Shown piece after piece: positions 21,966-31,052 of a stretch of 64,000 nucleotides of DNA. Every line of letters starts with the position of its first letter. Position 1 is the first letter of the stretch. The position numbers were made by a program, and so were the translations under genes. The notes beneath the pieces were generated by a model. That model did not search any database. It was not told the DNA's origin and worked only from the letters and a program-made list of their open reading frames with translations. This stretch comes from Candidatus Peribacteria bacterium (lineage in GTDB: Bacteria; Patescibacteriota; Gracilibacteria; Peribacterales; Peribacteraceae). Location of the stretch: positions 21,639 through 85,638 of the forward strand of contig JBEPVF010000005.1 in assembly GCA_041691135.1 (NCBI GenBank), given 5' to 3'.

Positions 21966-23381
21966 ATGCCTGCCCAATCCCTTGATCAGATCGTTTCCCT
22001 CGCCAAACGCCGCGGTTTTGTGTTTCCGGGATCGGAAATCTACGGCGGATTGGCCAACAGTTGGGATTACGGTCCTCTCGGCACAGAGCTCAAGAATGCG
22101 ATTCGTGACTGGTGGTGGGAGCGCTTCGTTCAGAAACGCCAGGATATGGTGGGCCTCGATGCGTCGATCATCATGAATCCGAAGGTCTGGGAAGCCAGCG
22201 GACATGTGGCGAACTTCAACGACGCGATGGTCGATTGCAAAAAATGCCGCGCGCGTCTCCGGGCGGACCACCTCATTGAGAGCGTTGATCCAAGCATGAA
22301 CGTTGAAGGCAAATCGCCACAGGAACTGACACAGATCATTCGCGACAAAGATATCCCCTGCCCCACCTGCGGTACACGCGGACAATTCACCGACGCGCGT
22401 CGCTTCAATCTGCTCTTCCGTACGCAACTGGGTGTGATTGAAAATGCGGAGAAGAATAATGATGTGTATCTGCGCGGCGAGATCGCGCAAGCCATGTTCG
22501 TCAATTTCAAGAATGTCCTGAACACCACACGCAAGCGTTTGCCGTTCGGTATCGCCTCGGTGGGCAAAGCATTCCGCAACGAGATCACACCGGGCAACTT
22601 CACGTTTCGCACGCTGGAATTCGATCTGATGGAATTCGAGTACTTCATCCGCGAAAATGAATGGGAGAAGACCTTCGATTTTTGGCTGGGCGAACAACAA
22701 GCCTGGCTCAAAGAAATGGGCTTCGATTCGTCCCGCCTGCGGGTTCGCCAACACACGGAGGAAGAATTGGCGCACTACTCCAAGCGCACCGTCGACGTGG
22801 AGTACCAGACGCCGTTCGGCTGGAAAGAAATGTTCGGTCTGGCCTACCGCACCGATTTTGATTTGAAGAACCATATGGAACAATCCGGTGAAGATCTGCA
22901 ATACACCGATCCGGATGACCCGACCCAGAAATTCATCCCGCACGTGATCGAACCGACATTCGGTCTGAGCCGTCTCACGCTGATGACACTGCTCGAAGCG
23001 TACGAAGAAGAAAAGTTGGCCGAGGACGATACACGCACCGTGCTCCATCTCCATCCACGCATCGCACCGATCCAAGTCGCCATCCTCCCGCTGAGCAAGA
23101 AGGAACATCTGGTCGACAAGGCACAGGAAATTTACAAACTGCTTAGCGATAAAACGAAGCTCCGACTCGATTTCGACATTACGGGTTCCATCGGCAAACG
23201 CTATCGCCGCCAAGATGAAATCGGCACGCCGAAATGCATCACCGTCGACTTCGGCACCCTGGGTGAGGATGCTGCGCAGGGCGAGAAAGATACGATGACG
23301 ATCCGCGATCGCGATTCGCTCAAACAGGAACGTGTATCGATCGACCAGCTTGTCAGTCAACTCAACTCTCTCCATGCCTGA
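21966..23381 (+). CDS. glyQS: glycine--tRNA ligase (alpha2 type)
   Basis: KRRGFVFPGSEIYGG, WDYGPLG, GKAFRNEITP, SIGKRYRRQDEIGTP. Confidence 0.97.
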   Translation: MPAQSLDQIVSLAKRRGFVFPGSEIYGGLANSWDYGPLGTELKNAIRDWWWERFVQKRQDMVGLDASIIMNPKVWEASGHVANFNDAMVDCKKCRARLRADHLIESVDPSMNVEGKSPQELTQIIRDKDIPCPTCGTRGQFTDARRFNLLFRTQLGVIENAEKNNDVYLRGEIAQAMFVNFKNVLNTTRKRLPFGIASVGKAFRNEITPGNFTFRTLEFDLMEFEYFIRENEWEKTFDFWLGEQQAWLKEMGFDSSRLRVRQHTEEELAHYSKRTVDVEYQTPFGWKEMFGLAYRTDFDLKNHMEQSGEDLQYTDPDDPTQKFIPHVIEPTFGLSRLTLMTLLEAYEEEKLAEDDTRTVLHLHPRIAPIQVAILPLSKKEHLVDKAQEIYKLLSDKTKLRLDFDITGSIGKRYRRQDEIGTPKCITVDFGTLGEDAAQGEKDTMTIRDRDSLKQERVSIDQLVSQLNSLHA

Positions 23382-23577
23382 AAAAGTTTCAGAGGAGCTG
23401 TGGTTTGAAATCCTGGCAGCGCATCCTTTAAGTGATCGCCACCATGCATTGATCGACCGTTTTCATACGCTGGAGCAGCAGTTTGCCGATGGTGAGGCAT
23501 CACCTATACAGATTGAACAAGCCCGTATTGATCTATTGCAAGCTCTACAGAGACCTAGTGCCCACTTGCGTGGTTAG
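23374..23577 (+). CDS. small hypothetical protein
   Basis: ATG overlaps the glyQS end (MPEKVSEEL...). Confidence 0.5.
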   Translation: MPEKVSEELWFEILAAHPLSDRHHALIDRFHTLEQQFADGEASPIQIEQARIDLLQALQRPSAHLRG

Positions 23578-23602
23578 CAGTTTATCTGTATAAATAGCCT
23601 AT

Positions 23603-23706
23603 CACATCCGACCGATCGCTGCGGTCCTGACGCGAAGTGTCACTCTGAGCTTGTCGAAGAGTGCCTTCCGTATCCTCCGCAACTCGGCGAAAAGACGTTG
23701 GATGTC
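23603..23706 (+). promoter_or_regulatory. probable rpsB (S2) leader RNA
   Basis: ACATCCGAC pairs with GTTGGATGT enclosing GAT-CGCTG..GGTC..CGGCG-AAAAGA; lies upstream of rpsB-tsf like known S2 autoregulatory leaders. Confidence 0.6.
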
Positions 23707-23849
23707 TGCCCTAAGGATTCCCTCATCATCGCTTTGCTTCGATTCCCCTTCTTCAAAAGGCGAGTCTCGAGTGGCGAAGTGTGAATACGGGAATACCACA
23801 GAGCCTCTCGTCATTCCTCTTTCTTACTTCACTCTTCCTTATTCTTCCC

Positions 23850-24557
23850 ATGGCTATTCCGTCCGAAAAAGTCCTCCTCGACCACGCCGTCCACTTCGGT
23901 CACCGCAAAGAAAAGTGGAATCCCAAAATGGCGCCGTACCTGTACGGTACCCGCAAGGGCATTCACATTTTTGATCTGGTTCAGACACGCGAACATCTGG
24001 AACACATGATTGCGGCATTGAAGAAACTACAGATGGAGGGCAAGACCATCCTGTTCGTCTCCACCAAACAACAAAGTATTCCGATGATCGAAGGCTTGGC
24101 TGAAGCGTTGAACCAGCCGATGGTGACGAAGAAGTGGATTCCGGGACTGCTGACCAACTGGCCCACGATGAAGCGTCGGATCCGTTACTACCTGGATTTG
24201 CAACGCTCGTTCCAGTCCGGGGAAATTGAGAAGTATACGAAAAAAGAACAGACCGAGCTGCGCAAAAAACTCACCAAGCTGGATATCGCTCTGGCCGGCG
24301 TGGCGAAAATGCCGGGCTTGCCCGATGCAGTCTTCATCCTCGATGCCGTGCGCGATCGCGTGGCCGTGGCCGAAGCTGCCACCCTCAAGATTCCGCTCTA
24401 CGGCGTATGCGACAGCAACGCCGACCCGGACCGCTTTACCACCTTCGTTCCGGCAAATGATGACGCCGTGAAATCCATCGAACTCATTCTCTCGACGATC
24501 GGCGAAGAACTGAATGATGCGAAGAAGAAAACGAATGCGGAGGAAGAAAAAGAGTAG
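23850..24557 (+). CDS. rpsB: 30S ribosomal protein S2
   Basis: VHFGH..KWNPKM, GIHIFDL, LTNW, PANDDA. Confidence 0.97.
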   Translation: MAIPSEKVLLDHAVHFGHRKEKWNPKMAPYLYGTRKGIHIFDLVQTREHLEHMIAALKKLQMEGKTILFVSTKQQSIPMIEGLAEALNQPMVTKKWIPGLLTNWPTMKRRIRYYLDLQRSFQSGEIEKYTKKEQTELRKKLTKLDIALAGVAKMPGLPDAVFILDAVRDRVAVAEAATLKIPLYGVCDSNADPDRFTTFVPANDDAVKSIELILSTIGEELNDAKKKTNAEEEKE

Positions 24558-24654
24558 TCGGCGATCAGGGTCATTGATCAGTTTGTATTCTGATCGCTGG
24601 CTTCTACCCACCGACCACCCATGCTACACTTTTACCTATTAACTCCATCCCATT

Positions 24655-25431
24655 ATGACTACTGTTTCTGCTTCTGAGGTTGCCGCTCTGCGCGCCCGCA
24701 CAGGCGTGTCCATTCTTGCCTGCAAGCAGGCGTTGGAAGAAGCCAATGGCGACCAGGAGAAGGCCATCGAAATCCTTCGCAAAAAAGGCATTGCCGGCGC
24801 CGTCAAAAAAGCTGACCGGGAACAGACCGAAGGCGCCATCTTCATCGCCGAAGACGGTGAGCGTGCCGCATTGGTGCTCCTGCGCTGTGAGACGGACTTC
24901 GTCGCGCGCAGCGACGACTTCATTCACTTCGGTCACAAAGTCGCAGACCATGTCCTGGCTGACGGCAAAGAGAAAGCTCAGCCTGTGCTCGATACACTGG
25001 TTCCCGAAGCGGTGCAGAAGCTCGGCGAGAATATTTCCATCAGCGAGATCCACGAAGTGGAAGCAACATCCGTCGGCACGTACGTGCACAGCAATCGCAA
25101 AATCGGCGTGATCGTCGGTCTGGATGTGGACGGCAAAGCCGATCTGGCCAAGGATGCATCGATGCATGCCGCTGCCATGAATCCGCAATACGTTTCTCCG
25201 GATGAAGTTCCGGCTGATGCGATCGCCAAGGAGCGCGAGATCTGGACTGAACAGATGAAGAACGATAAAAAGCCGCCGGAAATCCTGGAGAAGATCATGT
25301 TCGGCAAAGAGAAGAAGTTCCGCGAAGAGAACGCGCTCATCACGCAGCAGTTCGTCAAAGATCCCAGCCTCACAGTAGGGCAGTATCTGAATGGAGCGAA
25401 GGTGACGAAGTATGTACGGGTGACGGTGTAG
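24655..25431 (+). CDS. tsf: elongation factor Ts
   Basis: LRARTG..CKQAL, CETDFVA, GENI, MHAAAMNP. Confidence 0.97.
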   Translation: MTTVSASEVAALRARTGVSILACKQALEEANGDQEKAIEILRKKGIAGAVKKADREQTEGAIFIAEDGERAALVLLRCETDFVARSDDFIHFGHKVADHVLADGKEKAQPVLDTLVPEAVQKLGENISISEIHEVEATSVGTYVHSNRKIGVIVGLDVDGKADLAKDASMHAAAMNPQYVSPDEVPADAIAKEREIWTEQMKNDKKPPEILEKIMFGKEKKFREENALITQQFVKDPSLTVGQYLNGAKVTKYVRVTV

Positions 25432-25494
25432 TCTGTGTTTCTCAGAAGCCAGTAATCAGTAACATGACACTGGCTTTTTTTGGATTCCTAAAAC

Positions 25495-26904
25495 TTACCA
25501 CTTCTGCCACGGCATTTCGATCTGATCCAGCGGCACATCGTCTAAGTTCTGTTCGATGCTTTTAGCTCGTTTCAGGCCGAGCAGGCGGAGAATATTATTC
25601 CACAGCAGATATGTCAGGATCACCGTGATGATCAGCATCGTCACGCCGATCGTCCGGATGAGGACGTTGGTGTTTTTCGGAAGTTCCGTGATGGATGACG
25701 TCGGCGGGGTCGGCTGCACCGAACTTTGCGCGGCGGGGATCAGTTTATTTTTACACTGAACCGTACAATTTGCGCCGCCGTCACATTCTTCGTGCGCATC
25801 AAGCACTCCGTCTCCGCACCAGGCAAGTTTGCAACTCGTACGGCAGGCGTTCGCCGTTTTATCGGAATTGTCAGGACCGTTGTCGCACTCTTCGCCCGGC
25901 TCGCGAACGGCATTACCGCACGTCGGCACCGTGCAACTGAGCGAACATTTGCCTTTGCCGTTCTGCGCGCCATCGTCACATTCCTCGGTGCCCTGACGGA
26001 TGCCGTCGCCGCAACGCGGCAATTTGCAACTGGTCGTGCAACTGTCGCGTCCATTATCCAGTCCCAAATCACATTCTTCGTTCGCTTCGCGCAGGCCATT
26101 GCCGCATATGCCCTTTTGATCCGCGAGCAGACAGAGCATCGTACAACGACCCGTGCCGTTCGATAGTCCCTCGTCGCATTGCTCGCCACTGTCGAGCACT
26201 CCGTTGCCACACACGGGTGGGGTGACAATCGTCGCCGATGAAACCGCCGGCGATGCCGACGAATTCATTGCTGACGAAACGGCTGACGAGATGGACAATG
26301 CGACCGACGAAGAGGAAGACCCCAAGGAGACCGAGGAATCACTTTGACTGCTCTTCGAGGATGATAAAGCAATCGTTTGCGCGGCCACTGAACCCGATGC
26401 ACTGGCCGACGAAACGGTACACGCCGCCTGAAACTTGAGCGTGCATCCACTGATCAGCTTATGCTGGACATCGAAGACCGGAGGCTGACAATAATTGCCA
26501 CAGGTGTTGGCAACAAACCGGCGCTCGGTAGTCAGGTTGCCTGTGGCCGGATCATTGACGTACACAACTTCGACACGCGGCTCGCACTCCTCTCCAATCT
26601 GCCGTGACACCACACCATCACCACATGTGAGCAACTTGCATTCTTTGGTACAAGATCCCACGCCATTGAGTCGCCCATCATCGCACTCTTCGCCCTCATT
26701 CGTCTGCAACGTATCATCTCCGCAATGCAGCATTGCCGATGACACACTGCTACTCGCATCCAAACTCGGACAACCTGGGTAACCGTACGGCTTTCCCACA
26801 CATTCGTCCGCCGCCATTCCGCGCGGCGCCACGCTGCTCAGCAACGTGAGCATAGCCGTGAGCGCCAGAAACGTGGCTACCGGTAAGGGATGTTTGAGGT
26901 TCAT
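25495..26904 (-). CDS. Myxococcus-type cysteine-rich repeat (DUF4215-like) surface protein
   Basis: Signal peptide; seven CG[DN]x..E[EQ]C[DE] repeats; Ser-rich linker; C-terminal TM helix. Confidence 0.85.
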   Translation of the reverse strand: MNLKHPLPVATFLALTAMLTLLSSVAPRGMAADECVGKPYGYPGCPSLDASSSVSSAMLHCGDDTLQTNEGEECDDGRLNGVGSCTKECKLLTCGDGVVSRQIGEECEPRVEVVYVNDPATGNLTTERRFVANTCGNYCQPPVFDVQHKLISGCTLKFQAACTVSSASASGSVAAQTIALSSSKSSQSDSSVSLGSSSSSVALSISSAVSSAMNSSASPAVSSATIVTPPVCGNGVLDSGEQCDEGLSNGTGRCTMLCLLADQKGICGNGLREANEECDLGLDNGRDSCTTSCKLPRCGDGIRQGTEECDDGAQNGKGKCSLSCTVPTCGNAVREPGEECDNGPDNSDKTANACRTSCKLAWCGDGVLDAHEECDGGANCTVQCKNKLIPAAQSSVQPTPPTSSITELPKNTNVLIRTIGVTMLIITVILTYLLWNNILRLLGLKRAKSIEQNLDDVPLDQIEMPWQKW

Positions 26905-27014
26905 GAAATCCTGTAATTATAGCACAAATGATGGGATTTACTGAGGCAGGGGTATTGCTTTTTTTACATATAATTGTTTTGTATAATATACTGCACAAAT
27001 TAGGCTCGATTCGC

Positions 27015-27146
27015 CAAGGGAATCGATAGAAGCGAGGCAATCGATGTAACCAACAATTTCCAAAGAAGATGAGCGGCACACTTATCATTCCAAAGAAACT
27101 GCAGAATATCGTCGGTTTCTTCGGTTCCATCGGTTACATCGCCGTC
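27015..27146. repeat. 9-bp-periodic inverted-repeat element, copy C
   Basis: Left units GGGAATCGA/TAGAAGCGA/GGCAATCGA/TGTAACCAA; right units GTCGGTTTC/TTCGGTTCC/ATCGGTTAC. Confidence 0.65.
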
Positions 27147-27147
27147 C

Positions 27148-28314
27148 TCAGAGCTTGAACCATGCAAGCCATCTCACTAACCATCGAAATCTCGGCGGCG
27201 CTGTCACCAAACGGCTCTTCAAAATATCTCCGCGCAGTACTTCGCGCAGTTTCATCAGTGCCCGCTGATTCGGACCGGTGAGCAGGACGTTTACCTCACC
27301 CATCTGGTCGAGTGATGATGTCATTAAGTTTGCTGATCCGAGAAATGCCCGGGCATGATCGACGAGCAAAATTTTGGCGTGAAAAACACCCGGATACAGG
27401 AACACCTGCAGATTTTTTTTCGATCCCTTCGCCACCAGTTCGGCCACTGTCTGCATGTTCGCAAAATGATGCAGGAACTCCGTCCGTTCCGGCGTGATGA
27501 GCGTGATACGCACACCCTGATGACTGCGCTGAATAAGAGTCTGAACCACTTCCGGATCGGAGATATAACAGTGCTCGATGACGATCGATTCCTGTGCGGT
27601 GGTGAGCATTTCCATGATCGTCGGCCGCATTTCTTTATGTGAGTCCGAGTTCACTTTAAGCTGCACGCGTTCGCCGGTATCGGGAATATCTCCACCCGAC
27701 AAATACCGCTCTACGAAGCGCGATCCGCGTAGTTCGACCAGATAATCGTGCAACGCATAATGGTACTCTTTTGCGATGTTCATACCGGTGAGCAACAACA
27801 GTTTCCCATCAATGATGTACACCTTGGCGTGATCATTGTTGGTCGTGTAATTGATGCGAATCTTGGGATGTGTCCAAAAGCGACGCCACAGCGGTTCGTC
27901 TTCGTATTTTGTCGCGAAGAAATCGTTATGAAATTCAAATACGTCGCCGATAGCTTCCTTGTTGATAACCACGCGCACACCGGCATCGGCTCTTTCCAAC
28001 AGTACCGTCGCGATGCGGCGGCCGATCTCGTCATCGCGCCAGATAAACATCTGGATAAAGATCGAGTGCTTTGCTTCGCCCAGAAGTTTGGCGATGCGCG
28101 GAAATGCCTCCTGATCCACCCACACTCTCACCTCCAAAAACGGCGTGAGATTGCGGATCATTCCGGTCTGATGAAGAAGCAAATTGACGCGTGTCTGATA
28201 CAGAAGCCGCCACATTTGCACGCGCCGCTCCTTGGGCTTGGCAAACAAATAGCGCACTGCTCCGCGATAGATTGAACCGAGCCCCCGACGAAGTTGCTTC
28301 AACTGTTTAAGCAT
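27148..28314 (-). CDS. phospholipase D / cardiolipin synthase-like protein
   Basis: Two HKD motifs: HAKVYIID..TGMN and HAKILLVD..GSAN. Confidence 0.88.
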   Translation of the reverse strand: MLKQLKQLRRGLGSIYRGAVRYLFAKPKERRVQMWRLLYQTRVNLLLHQTGMIRNLTPFLEVRVWVDQEAFPRIAKLLGEAKHSIFIQMFIWRDDEIGRRIATVLLERADAGVRVVINKEAIGDVFEFHNDFFATKYEDEPLWRRFWTHPKIRINYTTNNDHAKVYIIDGKLLLLTGMNIAKEYHYALHDYLVELRGSRFVERYLSGGDIPDTGERVQLKVNSDSHKEMRPTIMEMLTTAQESIVIEHCYISDPEVVQTLIQRSHQGVRITLITPERTEFLHHFANMQTVAELVAKGSKKNLQVFLYPGVFHAKILLVDHARAFLGSANLMTSSLDQMGEVNVLLTGPNQRALMKLREVLRGDILKSRLVTAPPRFRWLVRWLAWFKL

Positions 28315-28486
28315 GTGTGGAGGGCCGTATTGTGGCTACATTCAGACAAAAAGCCAAGGATCGGGCGCACACATTTCCGACTCCCGAGATGCCAACTCAA
28401 GCAGAATCAGCTTATTATTGGTGTTTTTCCACTCTCTCAGTCACCCGGCTTTCCATCGTTTTCATCATCAGTTTTCCGTAAAACTG

Positions 28487-28495
28487 TGGTATAAT
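28487..28495 (+). promoter_or_regulatory. extended -10 promoter element TGGTATAAT
   Basis: Immediately upstream of the second ATPase. Confidence 0.6.
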
Positions 28496-28509
28496 GGTAC
28501 GATACCTTT

Positions 28510-30996
28510 GTGATGGGATTCTTCGTCGCCATCGGCCTTCTGCTACTGCTTGTCGGAGCGGCGTATGCGCTCGCCTGGCTCTCACGACTGCACGCCGATC
28601 ACCGGCGCGAGCAGGATCTGGTTTTCCTACAATTGCTGGTGCCAAAAAAAGAGAGCAAAGAAGATAAAGAAACCGAATCGGAGCAATTTTCGTCCGGCAA
28701 AGATTTTCGCGAAGTCCTCGGCGTGATGGACCACTTGTTCCAGTCGCTTCACAGTCTGTACGGCGGTACATGGAAGCGTCATTTCCGCGGTCAGCCGTTC
28801 TTCTCGGTGGAATACGCCGCATTGGCCGGCGAAATATTGTTCTATGTCGTGTGTCCGCGCCGTATCGTGCACCTTGTCGAAAAACAGATCACGTCATTCT
28901 ATCCCGACACGGTGATCGACGAAGTGGAGGACTACAATATCTTCACCGAAAAATCAGTCATCGACGCCCAGATCCTGCTGCCGTCGAAACCGTTTACCGC
29001 CGTCTTCAAAACGTATCAGCAACTGAAGAGCGATCCGCTCAACTCCATCACCAACGCGTTCTCCAAGCTGAACGTAGACGAGGGCGCCGCGGTGCAGTTT
29101 GTATTGCGACCGGCCCGTCAGGGATGGCAGAGCAAATTACAGGAGGAAGCATCGAAACTTATCAATCCCAAAAAGAAAGGAGCCAACTGGCTGAACCCGA
29201 TCAGCATTCTCTCCAGTTTGTTCGGCGCACTCACATCGGATGATGACATTTCAAAGCTCAATAGCAGCGATAGCGGCTCGAACGAACGCGTGTCGCAGAT
29301 GATCGAGGAGTACAGCAAATCGGTGGACGAGAAGGCTTCGAATCCCGGATTCGAAACGACCATTCGTATTGTGACATCAGCCAACAGTTTGGCCCGCGCC
29401 CAAACAGTCCTCGAGGGCATTCGCGCCGCCTTCACCCAATTCAACGATGTGCGTGGCAACAGTCTGGTCGCACCGAAACTGAAGGACCGACAATCATATG
29501 TGGAACGATTCATCAGACGATGTCCGCACCACCAGTGGCGCCATCGTATTCAGAAGCATCACATGCTCCTCGGTACAACCGAGCTGTCCAGCTTCTTCCA
29601 TCTGCCGAACATCAAGTACAACAAAGTGGAAACCATCAAGTGGCAGAACTTCAAGATGGCGCCCGCACCGAAGAATATTCCCGAAGAAGGTCTGCACCTC
29701 GGCATCAATACGTTCCGCGGCGAAAAGAAGAAGATCTTCATGAAACCCGACGACCGTTTCCGGCACTTCTACATCATCGGACAAACCGGGACCGGCAAAT
29801 CATCCATCATCCAGCTGATGGCCCGCCAGGACTTCAACAACGGCAAAGGTGTGTGCATCGTCGACCCGCACGGCTCGCTGATCGAAGACCTGATGCCCTT
29901 CATCCCCCGCTCGCGCGCCGACGATGTGATCTATTTCAATCCGGCCGACACCGAGCGCCCGCTGGGTCTAAATTTGCTGGAAGGAAAAACACCCGAGGAA
30001 CGTGACCTCATCGCGCTCGATGCGATGAACATGATGGTGAAAATGTTCGGCGAAGAGATCTTCGGGCCGCGTATTCAGGACTACTTCCGCAACGGTTGTC
30101 TGACGTTGATGGAAGATGAAGAAGAAGGCGGCGCCATCACTGACCTTGTGCGTCTGTTCACCGATGACGAATGGCAGAAGTATAAATTGACCAAAGTGAA
30201 AAATCCCATTGTCCGCTCGTTCTGGGAAAAGCAGATGGCCCAAACCGGCCAGCGCGAAAAGCAGGAAATGATCCCCTACTTCGCCGCCAAATTCGGTCAG
30301 TTCACGACCAATACGCTCATCCGCAATATCGTCGGACAAACCAAGAGCGCCTTCGACATCGCCGACGTGATGAACTCGGGCAAGATTCTGCTGATGAACC
30401 TGTCGAAGGGTCTGATCGGCGACATCAATTCGACTCTGCTGGGCATGATTGTGGTAAACAAAATCCAGGTGGCGGCCATGCGACGCCAACGCGAAGACGC
30501 GACGACTCGCAAAGACTTCTTCCTGTACATCGATGAATTCCAAAACTTCGTGACCCAGTCCATTGAATCGATCCTGTCCGAAGCGCGTAAGTACCGCCTG
30601 GGCCTCATTCTCGCACACCAATACATCGATCAATTGGAGAAAGACAGCAAGCTCAGCGGCTCGGTAAGCCTGAAGGGAGCGATCTTCGGCAACGTCGGTA
30701 CGATGATGTTCTACAAAATCGGCCCGCAGGATGCCGAAGTGTGTGCCAAAGAAATGGCACCGGTCTTCAGCGAGCAGGACCTGGTCAACATGGACGCCTT
30801 CAAGGGTGCCATGAAACTGAGCATCGACGGGCAGCCGTCACGACCGTTCTCGCTCGAAGTCCCCCGCCCGTGGCTCGACACAACGTATCCGAAAGACCAA
30901 CAGGCAGCCGAAGCATACAAGCAACTGAGTCGTCTCAAATACGGCCGTGCCAAAGATTTCGTGGACCGCGAAATCATAAGGCGTATCGGCATGTAA
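28510..30996 (+). CDS. TrwB/VirD4-like membrane-anchored ATPase (paralog of 1010-3619)
   Basis: N-terminal TM, Walker A GQTGTGKS, Walker B LYIDEFQNF; shares EIFGPRIQxYFRNGCLTLM and REKxEMIPYF with the paralog. Confidence 0.85.
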   Translation: MMGFFVAIGLLLLLVGAAYALAWLSRLHADHRREQDLVFLQLLVPKKESKEDKETESEQFSSGKDFREVLGVMDHLFQSLHSLYGGTWKRHFRGQPFFSVEYAALAGEILFYVVCPRRIVHLVEKQITSFYPDTVIDEVEDYNIFTEKSVIDAQILLPSKPFTAVFKTYQQLKSDPLNSITNAFSKLNVDEGAAVQFVLRPARQGWQSKLQEEASKLINPKKKGANWLNPISILSSLFGALTSDDDISKLNSSDSGSNERVSQMIEEYSKSVDEKASNPGFETTIRIVTSANSLARAQTVLEGIRAAFTQFNDVRGNSLVAPKLKDRQSYVERFIRRCPHHQWRHRIQKHHMLLGTTELSSFFHLPNIKYNKVETIKWQNFKMAPAPKNIPEEGLHLGINTFRGEKKKIFMKPDDRFRHFYIIGQTGTGKSSIIQLMARQDFNNGKGVCIVDPHGSLIEDLMPFIPRSRADDVIYFNPADTERPLGLNLLEGKTPEERDLIALDAMNMMVKMFGEEIFGPRIQDYFRNGCLTLMEDEEEGGAITDLVRLFTDDEWQKYKLTKVKNPIVRSFWEKQMAQTGQREKQEMIPYFAAKFGQFTTNTLIRNIVGQTKSAFDIADVMNSGKILLMNLSKGLIGDINSTLLGMIVVNKIQVAAMRRQREDATTRKDFFLYIDEFQNFVTQSIESILSEARKYRLGLILAHQYIDQLEKDSKLSGSVSLKGAIFGNVGTMMFYKIGPQDAEVCAKEMAPVFSEQDLVNMDAFKGAMKLSIDGQPSRPFSLEVPRPWLDTTYPKDQQAAEAYKQLSRLKYGRAKDFVDREIIRRIGM

Positions 30997-31007
30997 AATC
31001 CTACACT

Positions 31008-31052
31008 CGTCGGATTCTTCTTTGCCTCAATTCCGTCGGTTCCCTCGTTCAC
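31008..31052. repeat. partial 9-bp-periodic element (right arm)
   Basis: CGTCGGTTCCCTC is the exact reverse complement of GAGGGAACCGACG in copy A. Confidence 0.5.

Noticed and set aside
21948-23375. 475-aa - strand ORF
   Set aside because: Antisense mirror of glyQS; no independent evidence
23602-23814. 70-aa - strand ORF
   Set aside because: Overlaps the probable rpsB leader RNA, which explains the region better
26750-27130. 126-aa - strand ORF
   Set aside because: Runs through a repeat element and a promoter and overlaps a real gene in another frame
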